Shown here piece after piece: positions 9,715 through 16,955 of a stretch of 28,427 nt of DNA. A model generated the notes under the pieces. The model was not told where the DNA came from, did no database searches, and worked only from the letters and a program-made list of their open reading frames with translations. Every line of letters starts with the position of its first letter. The stretch's first letter is position 1. The DNA comes from Candidatus Bathyarchaeota archaeon (lineage in GTDB: Archaea > Thermoproteota > Bathyarchaeia > Bathyarchaeales > Bathyarchaeaceae): contig JAGLRI010000001.1 of assembly GCA_023136395.1 (NCBI GenBank), positions 1 to 28,427 of the forward strand, given 5' to 3'. Both the position numbers and the translations under genes were made by a program.

Positions 9715-10239
9715 CTAGATCCTATCCGTTTTTGTTAAGTCCCTCAGCCTTTCAATACCACCAATCTCCTCAATTAACTGACTCACGGGCGTTGGTACAA
9801 GGTCCCTCCATTTTTCCCCATTCACCATTCTTTTCCGTATCTCAGTTGCAGATAATATTTTGCGTTTGTGAAAAGGCACTGGTTTAACTTCGAAGCCACC
9901 ATCAATGAATAACCGGCGAGTTAGCGGTTCGTTGGTATAAATCATATGGAATTTTGGTGTATAACCTACAATCTGAGCGACCCACAACATATGGATGTGT
10001 ACATCAGGTACTGGAATTATCCAGCATCTTGACATATCAATTCCCTCTACCTCCAAGGTTCGTTTAATCATCGTAACACGTTCACCCGTAGTGAATGGAT
10101 TATCTAATGTATGACTGTATTGAGAACTTCCAACCACTACCACGAGCTCGTCAACAGTTCCTAAAATATCCTTTACGGCTTTCAAGTGCCCTATATGAAA
10201 TGGTTGGAACCTGCCTACGAAAATTGCACGTTTTACCAT
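9715..10239 (-). CDS. nadM: Nicotinamide-nucleotide adenylyltransferase (archaeal NadM)
   Basis: 174 aa; FVGRFQPFHIGH (HxGH), SSQYSHTLDNPFT.GER, SATEIRKRM. Confidence 0.95.
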   Translation of the reverse strand: MVKRAIFVGRFQPFHIGHLKAVKDILGTVDELVVVVGSSQYSHTLDNPFTTGERVTMIKRTLEVEGIDMSRCWIIPVPDVHIHMLWVAQIVGYTPKFHMIYTNEPLTRRLFIDGGFEVKPVPFHKRKILSATEIRKRMVNGEKWRDLVPTPVSQLIEEIGGIERLRDLTKTDRI

Positions 10240-10460
10240 GAGTCTTTCCTCATAAAGGGTTTTATTTACATATTACCTACCAGATTCTTTCTAGCCTCTT
10301 CGTTATTATTTCTATCTTCTTTTAGAAGTGTATATTATAGAATATGGAAGCATTTTATTAAATTGGAAGTAAAAAACCCTTTTTAATAAGAGTGATAAGA
10401 AAATTTACAAGATTTAATATTGTTAAGGTCCATATTTCCAAAGGTAAAAGGAGAAGTTAC

Positions 10461-11090
10461 ATGACATTTCAGCTAACTCTTGAAGAGGTGGAATTCCTAG
10501 TGAGACTCGCTCGAAGAGCAATAGAAGAGTACCTTAAAAAGGAAATAACTATCGAGGTGCCTGAGGAAACCCCTCCGAAGCTTTTGGAGCAATACGGGGT
10601 TTTCATCACATTATATAGTATTAAACGCCAGAAAAAGGAGTTAAGGGGCTGTATTGGTTTTCCTTATCCAACCATCCCCCTGGTACAAGCTGTGATCAAA
10701 TCTGCGATCAATTCCGCGGCACAGGATCCCCGTTTTAATCCAGTCTCCCTTGAGGAGCTTGATCATATCGTGCTTGAAGTGAGCGTACTCACTCCTCCCC
10801 AGCTGATCGAAGTTGAGAAGGCGGTAAACTATCCTTCAAAAGTGATTGTTGGGCAAGACGGATTGATTATCGAAAGAGGTTACTACAGGGGTCTTCTTCT
10901 ACCTCAAGTACCGGTGGAGTGGAATTGGAGTGAAGAAGAATTTCTTTGCCAATGCTGTATGAAAGCTGGCTTATCACCAGACAGCTGGTTACTCAAGGGA
11001 ACGAAAGTATACAAGTTTAGTTGTATTATTGCTCAAGAAACTACCCCAAAGGGTAAGGTTACTATTATAGATATGCGTGGAGATCACTAG
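10461..11090 (+). CDS. AMMECR1 domain protein (AmmeMemoRadiSAM protein A family)
   Basis: GVFITL, LRGCIG, DPRF, EVSVL, GLLLPQV, FLCQCCMKAGL. The likely start is ATG 10461 (AGGAG at 10449-10453), not the listed 10392. Confidence 0.92.
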   Translation: MTFQLTLEEVEFLVRLARRAIEEYLKKEITIEVPEETPPKLLEQYGVFITLYSIKRQKKELRGCIGFPYPTIPLVQAVIKSAINSAAQDPRFNPVSLEELDHIVLEVSVLTPPQLIEVEKAVNYPSKVIVGQDGLIIERGYYRGLLLPQVPVEWNWSEEEFLCQCCMKAGLSPDSWLLKGTKVYKFSCIIAQETTPKGKVTIIDMRGDH

Positions 11091-11099
11091 AAAAGGAAG

Positions 11100-11127
11100 G
11101 TTACCCCACTTCCGGTAACTGTTTTTC
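11100..11127 (+). terminator. Possible terminator hairpin after AMMECR1
   Basis: GTTACC (11100-11105) / GGTAAC (11114-11119) 6-bp stem followed by TGTTTTTC, 10 nt after the stop codon. Confidence 0.35.
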
Positions 11128-11496
11128 TGTTAGTTACAGATAGCTCCCAACGGATGTATTCATTCATGATTTGTATTTTTAATTCGTGCTAATGCGTGAA
11201 AATTGAAGTGTTAACTGTATTGAATTTTGGCTTTCAGCTACTCAGCCAACATCTCCAACACTTCGGGTGGAAGCGAGAGAGTCATGTGCCCTTGCGACTA
11301 CCTTAATCTCATCAAACACTTTATTACAGGAATATTATAATTTAAGAGGAAGTAGATCCTTATGAGAAAATAAAAGATGCATGCATTCGCGTTAATTCAC
11401 TAATCGTCTAATAAAATGTTGTATTCAAATAGTTTTTTCATAATTTAGCAAACTTTTAAAACATATTTGATTAACTAAAAATCAGGTGTAACGCTT

Positions 11497-11862
11497 TTGG
11501 GAAAAATTGTGAAGTTTAAAGACGTTTTAAAGACCAAAACGCCTGGAGTGAGGAACAGCTTAAGACTCGTCGATGAAGATTTAGGTGCCAAGAGAATGTC
11601 AGTCAGGTTAACAGAGTACGAACCTAGAGCGGTTCATAAACATTACCATTATCATGAAAAGAGAGAGACAGTATACATTGCACTTGAGGGAAACGCAACT
11701 TTGAAGTTGAACGGAATAGAGCACCAGTTAAAACCTAATACCGTTGTTTTCATCCCTCCCGGTGACAAACACGCCGTTACTCGTGTAGGAGAAGAGGGAT
11801 TTAAAATGCTTGAGATAACTTCGCCCCTAAGTTCCAAAGATATTATCTATGTGCAAGAATAG
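11497..11862 (+). CDS. Cupin domain protein
   Basis: 121 aa; metal motif HYHEKRE followed by YIALEG, and FIPPGDKH. Confidence 0.88.
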   Translation: MGKIVKFKDVLKTKTPGVRNSLRLVDEDLGAKRMSVRLTEYEPRAVHKHYHYHEKRETVYIALEGNATLKLNGIEHQLKPNTVVFIPPGDKHAVTRVGEEGFKMLEITSPLSSKDIIYVQE

Positions 11863-12001
11863 ACTCTACCGCGCATATCATTAGTAGTCCTCTAATTACG
11901 GATATAGAAACCATTCCGAATATGAAAAAAGCGAGATTTCTATCTCCATACAAACCTAACTATGAGAAAGAAAGCCATCGTAGAGGGGAAGATGTATAGT
12001 G

Positions 12002-13144
12002 TTATTCATAAAGTTCTATTATTTCTGAAGTTTTATCTAAAGCATTAAACTTACTAGCATAATCTCCTATTTTTTTAATGTTTCTTTTATAAAAATCATA
12101 GTTTTCTTCAATTTTTTTAATAGCAAGTGCTAACTCTTTTTTGTTTCTAACGGAGAGAGCACAGCCTAAATTCTCTAATTTCGCAGCATTTGCTTTTTGC
12201 TCAATTTGGGTTGGCATACAGATTATGGGCTTTCTGTATTTTAATGCCTCAAAACAGGTTCCATGACCACTAGGAATTATGAAGATTTTTGCTCTTTTCA
12301 TGTATCCTTTTCTTGTTTCTTCTTTTAACCAGCCAAAAATTTTACATCGTCCATACTCTCTATAAAAGTTATTGAAAGGTTCGCCTAAACTTACTATGCT
12401 TTCGTGATCTAAACTAGATAAAACGGGTATTACTTCTCTCTTTAAGTTTTCTCTAGAGCCGAAAGGCCCTGTTATTGAAGCGTAAATAAATTCTTCTGAT
12501 CCTTTCTCAGGATTCATATTTAAAAAAGGACCAACAAATTCAACTTTTTTTCTAATTCCAAGTTGGTTTAAATCACCTAAATTATATTCACAGATAGTGT
12601 ATGGTGGTGGGAGATCAGGGATTATTATTTTATTACAGTTTTTGATGTATCTCTCCACTAATTTCTGACCTGGATAGAGAAAAAAATTAATAGGAAAATT
12701 GTATTTGGGTTGAATAATATTGGTGATAAAAATTGAGGGTTTTCCCAATCTTTGTACCATTCTTAAAGAAGTAACATCTCCATCAGATACCAGTATATCT
12801 GCTTTGATTTTAGAAAAAATTTCCCTTTCATCATAATATCGATAAATTGTTTCTATCGAACTTGGCCTTTTTATCTTGATCTTTTTATGATCGTAATCAT
12901 ACTTTGGTAAAGGAATAAAGACGTTTAAAACAGAGGCTGTTGGCATTATACCATACGTAGTTTCATGCCAGGCTATAGGTGTGCAGTAAAAAACATCCTT
13001 AAATTTATTTTTTAATAGTTTGTATGCATTTCCTCCGGTGGCAAATGATACCTTGTGTCCTCGATTTATCAGTTCATTTCCAAGTTGCATACTTCTAGAA
13101 GCATGCCCCAAACCTAAATCATTACAAGTATAGAAAACCCTCAC
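12002..13144 (-). CDS. GT-B glycosyltransferase (GT28 C-terminal / MJ1255-like)
   Basis: 380 aa; N-terminal GLGHASR, LVSDGD, FVGP, C-terminal SGHGTCFEAL...P.Q.EQ..NA; GAGGAG SD upstream of GTG. Confidence 0.85.
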   Translation of the reverse strand: MRVFYTCNDLGLGHASRSMQLGNELINRGHKVSFATGGNAYKLLKNKFKDVFYCTPIAWHETTYGIMPTASVLNVFIPLPKYDYDHKKIKIKRPSSIETIYRYYDEREIFSKIKADILVSDGDVTSLRMVQRLGKPSIFITNIIQPKYNFPINFFLYPGQKLVERYIKNCNKIIIPDLPPPYTICEYNLGDLNQLGIRKKVEFVGPFLNMNPEKGSEEFIYASITGPFGSRENLKREVIPVLSSLDHESIVSLGEPFNNFYREYGRCKIFGWLKEETRKGYMKRAKIFIIPSGHGTCFEALKYRKPIICMPTQIEQKANAAKLENLGCALSVRNKKELALAIKKIEENYDFYKRNIKKIGDYASKFNALDKTSEIIELYE

Positions 13145-13317
13145 CTTAGTTCCAAATCCTCCTCACTTACGAAAATAGAATAAACAATAACATACTTATA
13201 AGACGCCAAGAAGGGATCAACGGTTTTTCCATCACCTAAAACTGACCAATTGTCAAACTAAAGAGTAATATCTTAGGTACATTTTAAGAGCTTAGGTATT
13301 TTCAAAATCTCCATTAA

Positions 13318-13890
13318 TTAGGCGTAATAAATCAAATTTTCCTCTTCCAGTTTTTGATGGAGGTTATTAACTGCTTGATATGCAGTCTCCTCCTTTCTTG
13401 TTCCAGTACAAACAAGTTTTCCGCTTGCAAAGACGAGAATCACAGCTCTTGGATTGTGCATTCGGTATATAAGACCGGGAAATTGTTCTGGTTCATATAT
13501 AATTCTTCCACCCATTCCTCTTGCGGACTCGTATAATTGTAAGAGATCAATCGCCCCGCCTAAACTTGCAGAGGCTACGATATTTACAATTTTAATAGTC
13601 ATTTTACATATATTGATCATGCTGCCTTCCTTTAACCGGTTAATAACATTATTCAAAGCACCTCTTGCTTCGTTTTCAGACCTTGCACCGGTACAAACCA
13701 TTTTACCTGAACTAAAAATAAGAGTAGCGGTTTTTGGCTTTTTTAGTCGAAATATCACTCCAGGAAACTGTTTCGGGCGGTATTCTACACTTGGAAAAAT
13801 TCTTACTAATGCATTTAAGTCGATCTTATGCTCTGAAGATGCTGAAGCCACAACATTCACGATGTTAATGGTTGCTTCAACCATTGTCAT
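13318..13890 (-). CDS. tbp: TATA-box binding protein
   Basis: 190 aa; two direct repeats (NVVAS...QFPG..FR...LIFSSGKMVCTG and NIVAS...YEPEQFPGLIYR...LVFASGKLVCTG) with all four DNA-intercalating Phe. Confidence 0.97.
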   Translation of the reverse strand: MTMVEATINIVNVVASASSEHKIDLNALVRIFPSVEYRPKQFPGVIFRLKKPKTATLIFSSGKMVCTGARSENEARGALNNVINRLKEGSMINICKMTIKIVNIVASASLGGAIDLLQLYESARGMGGRIIYEPEQFPGLIYRMHNPRAVILVFASGKLVCTGTRKEETAYQAVNNLHQKLEEENLIYYA

Positions 13891-13994
13891 TTAGAATACC
13901 ATTAAAAAAACATTTAGTATAAATTTAAAAAAGGTTTTTCATGTCTTGGATTGAGTTAATTTGCTTTCAAATAGAGTCACAATACCTGATTCCA

Positions 13995-14465
13995 TCAATT
14001 TAACATTTTCTTTGATTCACTTAGAGTCTTTTTTATTCGTTTCCAATGAGCCCCTTGCCAGTATATTTGCTCACAACTGGAACACGCCCAAAACTTGTCA
14101 TAATTGGACAAAGTTCTCTTTGGAACTTTACTTACAACTTGATCTTTAAGAATGGGTTTAATTTTTGTATTACATTTTGGACAACGAGAAATAGTGACAT
14201 CAATTTCAAGATTAAGGTTAAATCGCTTTGCCAAGTTAGTGAGTTTTTCAGCCTTTGTTGTTCCCTCAACAACGAAGACAGTTACTCCCTGAGTCATGCA
14301 TTGTTGGTAGAGTTCAATGTCGCGAGTAAGTAAGATGCGGTGTTCCGTCTTTGCGATCTGGATTAACTGCTTATCATCTAAGAAACTGGAGTATTTTATG
14401 TCATACCCTAACATTCGTAGCCATCTAGTAAGTTTACCTAGCATTCCATCCGCTACGAACTTCAC
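13995..14465 (-). CDS. Mut7-C RNase (PIN-like plus Zn ribbon, DUF82/COG1656)
   Basis: 156 aa; FVADGMLGKLTRWLRMLGYD, LLTRD, RCPKCN, FWAC..C.QIYWQG.H. Confidence 0.92.
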   Translation of the reverse strand: MKFVADGMLGKLTRWLRMLGYDIKYSSFLDDKQLIQIAKTEHRILLTRDIELYQQCMTQGVTVFVVEGTTKAEKLTNLAKRFNLNLEIDVTISRCPKCNTKIKPILKDQVVSKVPKRTLSNYDKFWACSSCEQIYWQGAHWKRIKKTLSESKKMLN

Positions 14466-14607
14466 TTATGCCACTCCATGATTTGCCACTAATATGTGAT
14501 TTTTTATATCATATTATTATATCATCTCTAAAGGAAAGATAAAAATATAAACTCGAAATTTAAGGGGGGTAACCGATTTATTGATGATACTATTGCGATT
14601 CTTTATA

Positions 14608-14661
14608 TGTACAAGCCAAGCATCTTTCTATGTACAATAATGTACACATAAGATTTAATAT
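14608..14661 (+). promoter_or_regulatory. trpB2 promoter with TRP boxes
   Basis: TGTACA at 14608, 14631 and 14641; BRE-like CATAAGA 14647-14653; TATA TTTAATAT 14654-14661; a CGTACA variant follows at 14670. Confidence 0.8.
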
Positions 14662-14716
14662 AACCTATACGTACAAATAAGGGAACAATATTACAATTTT
14701 AATAAGGTGAAGAGAT

Positions 14717-16102
14717 GTGCCATCTAGAAAAATATTATTAGACGAAGAGGAAATGCCTAAACAATGGTACTGCATACTGCCTGATCTACCTAAACCACTA
14801 CCCCCAACGATAGAACCAGCAAAGAAGGCGCCGGGACCAGGAATCGTTCCCTTAATATTTCCTAAAGAGATCATTGCCCAAGAGTTTAGCAAAGACAGAT
14901 GGGTAGATATACCTGAAGAGGTAAGAGAAATATACCGGATCTGGAGACCTACACCATTATACCGGGCAGTTGGATTAGAAAAAGCTTTGAAGACTCCCGC
15001 TAAGATATATTACAAGTACGAAGGCACTAGCCCTTCCGGAAGTCATAAGCCAAATACCGCCGTTGCACAAGCTTATTACAACATGAAAGAGGGTAAAGAG
15101 CGTATAGCTACAGAAACGGGAGCAGGCCAATGGGGTTCAGCTATAGCCTTCGGTTGCATGACTTTCAAGCTCGATTGCACTGTATACATGGTTAGAGTAA
15201 GCTACGATCAGAAACCTTATAGAAGAGTAATGATGGAGCTTTGGGATGCTAAGGTGCATCCAAGCCCAAGCACAAAAACAGAAGCTGGCAGAAAAATTTT
15301 GAAAGAAGATCCCGAGAGCACTGGAAGCTTAGGAATAGCTATCAGCGAAGCCGTCGAGGATGCTCTTACTCATGAAGAAGCGAACTATGGTATAGGCAGT
15401 GTTTTCAACCATGTCCTCTTGCATCAAACCGTGGTTGGATTAGAAACCAAGAAGCAGCTTGAAAAAGTCGAAGACTATCCTGACGTAATAGTTGGGTGCA
15501 TTGGTGGAGGGAGCAGTTTCTCAGGTCTCTTCACGCCCTTTTATTATGATAAAGTTTCAGGAAAAGCGCCTAAGGATACCCGGTTTTTAGCTACTGAAGC
15601 TACGGCTTGTCCCTCTATCACTAAGGGAGAATATATGTTTGATCACGGTGACACAGCAAGAATTACCCCTTTGATCAAGATGCATACCTTAGGCCACGAC
15701 TTTATTCCACCACCAATTCATGCTGGAGGCTTACGTTACCATGGTATAGCCCCCATTTTATCGATGCTGGCACAAGAAAAGAAGATAGAAACGCGAGCGT
15801 ACGATCAAGTAGAGGTTTTCGATGCTGCCAGACTCTTTGCTCAAACTGAAGGGTTGGTGTCAGCTCCCGAGCCATCTCACGCCATTAAGGGTGCCATTGA
15901 CGAAGCACTAAGATGTAAGGAGACCGGGGAGGAAAAAACTATTCTTTTCATGCTTTGTGGTCATGGTCATTTTGATATGCAAGCTTTTGATGACTACCTT
16001 CAAGGTAAACTTTTACCATATGAGTATCCAGAGGAAGAAGTTCAGAAATCCATGAAAAGGTTGAGAGAACTGTATCCATGGATTGATACCCTACCTTACT
16101 AA
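14717..16102 (+). CDS. trpB2: Tryptophan synthase beta chain type 2 (TrpB2, stand-alone)
   Basis: 461 aa; [61 protein letters not shown]; GGTGA SD at 14706-14710. Confidence 0.96.
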   Translation: MPSRKILLDEEEMPKQWYCILPDLPKPLPPTIEPAKKAPGPGIVPLIFPKEIIAQEFSKDRWVDIPEEVREIYRIWRPTPLYRAVGLEKALKTPAKIYYKYEGTSPSGSHKPNTAVAQAYYNMKEGKERIATETGAGQWGSAIAFGCMTFKLDCTVYMVRVSYDQKPYRRVMMELWDAKVHPSPSTKTEAGRKILKEDPESTGSLGIAISEAVEDALTHEEANYGIGSVFNHVLLHQTVVGLETKKQLEKVEDYPDVIVGCIGGGSSFSGLFTPFYYDKVSGKAPKDTRFLATEATACPSITKGEYMFDHGDTARITPLIKMHTLGHDFIPPPIHAGGLRYHGIAPILSMLAQEKKIETRAYDQVEVFDAARLFAQTEGLVSAPEPSHAIKGAIDEALRCKETGEEKTILFMLCGHGHFDMQAFDDYLQGKLLPYEYPEEEVQKSMKRLRELYPWIDTLPY

Positions 16103-16264
16103 CCACTATATTTATCACAGCTAAGATCATTCCATAAGGAGCTTCCAAAATCCTTAAACATTAATGAAAAACTTGTACATTTGCATGCATTATTATTCAA
16201 CTTCATTCATCATTAGAAAATTAAGATTGCCAAAAAGTACCATTATTTTCTTTTGACTAAAAAA

Positions 16265-16293
16265 TTTATATCTTGTTTGTACATAATGGTACA
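16265..16293 (+). promoter_or_regulatory. trpY promoter with TRP-box pair downstream of TATA
   Basis: TATA TTTATATC 16265-16272; TGTACA 16278-16283, N4 spacer, GGTACA 16288-16293; an extra TGTACA lies at 16174. Confidence 0.75.
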
Positions 16294-16306
16294 TATTTGT
16301 GATATT

Positions 16307-16810
16307 ATGTGGAACAAAGTGATGGAGTGCTTAAAGGGTTATCCGGAGCGCCTTTTAGTAGCTAGGGTACTCATAGAAAACGGTCTAAGTGTGAAAGAGG
16401 GTAAAATCTATTGTAATGATATTGAGCTTCCACCGGTCAGAATAGGTCGTGTTGCAAAGGTTGATAGAAGAACAGTAACTGAAACAATTAAAACCATCGA
16501 AAAAAAATCCGAGTTGAAAATTATTTTTAGGCATATAAAATCAGCTGGGCATTCGTTGAAAGAAGTTGCGAAATATTTTAACTTAGGTGTAGTGGAAATA
16601 ACTCCGGAAAATGCAAAAATGCCGGGGATTCTAGCAAAAACGGCTTCACTTATAGCTGAGAGGAATATAAGTATCCGACAAGCGATAGTGGATGATCCAG
16701 AACTTTCACCAGAACCAAGACTTACAGTGATTACTGAGACAAAAATTCCTGGGGAACTCATATCTGCTTTTTTAAAGATTGAGGGCGTTGCTAAGGTTTC
16801 AGTGTATTAG
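16307..16810 (+). CDS. trpY: Tryptophan-sensing transcription regulator TrpY (COG2150, HTH plus ACT)
   Basis: From ATG 16307: MW...GYP.R..VA..LIE.GL...GKIYC.D.E......R.A.VDRRTV; PGILA..A.LIA...ISIRQA..DDPEL...PRLT.ITET.IPG..I..FLKI.GV..VS.Y. The first 18 aa of the listed ORF (16253) are promoter sequence. Confidence 0.88.
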   Translation: MWNKVMECLKGYPERLLVARVLIENGLSVKEGKIYCNDIELPPVRIGRVAKVDRRTVTETIKTIEKKSELKIIFRHIKSAGHSLKEVAKYFNLGVVEITPENAKMPGILAKTASLIAERNISIRQAIVDDPELSPEPRLTVITETKIPGELISAFLKIEGVAKVSVY

Positions 16811-16849
16811 TCTAGATTTTTCATGTTAAATCTTTTTAATTTTAATAAA

Positions 16850-16880
16850 TGTACGTTTTTGTACACGTAAGCTTTAAATA
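16850..16880 (+). promoter_or_regulatory. trpE operon promoter with TRP-box pair
   Basis: TGTACG 16850-16855, N4 spacer, TGTACA 16860-16865, BRE-like CGTAAGC 16866-16872, TATA TTTAAATA 16873-16880. A T-rich tract precedes it after the trpY stop. Confidence 0.8.
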
Positions 16881-16927
16881 TGACGTGTGAGTTCATATTT
16901 TTCCTTCACCATCAAGAGGTATTGAGT

Positions 16928-16951
16928 ATGGGGTATTGTATTTGGCGATAA
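16928..16951 (+). CDS. Putative trp leader peptide MGYCIWR*
   Basis: ATG GGG TAT TGT ATT TGG CGA TAA with GAGGT SD at 16916-16920; ends 4 nt before the trpE TTG. Confidence 0.5.
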   Translation: MGYCIWR

Positions 16952-16955
16952 TGCG

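Noticed and set aside
11087-11167. Minus-strand ORF MNEYIRWELS... as helix B of the RHH remnant
   Set aside because: It is in a different frame and about 70 nt too far from the helix-A-like segment to form one RHH domain.
13243-13255. TGAC-CAATT-GTCA near-palindrome between tbp and the GT gene
   Set aside because: Only 4-bp arms and a single copy; too weak to call.
14466-14530. Short direct repeats TGCCACT x2 and TATATCAT x2 upstream of Mut7-C
   Set aside because: Short, AT-rich or overlapping the SD, and with only two copies they are not distinguishable from chance.
14715-14741. Out-of-frame [11 protein letters not shown] overlapping the trpB2 start
   Set aside because: No Trp codon, and the SD spacing fits GTG 14717 better. 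An ATGTG overlap arises easily by chance.
16253-16306. N-terminal 18-aa extension of TrpY in the ORF track
   Set aside because: The segment contains the TATA box and TRP boxes; family similarity begins at MW (16307).
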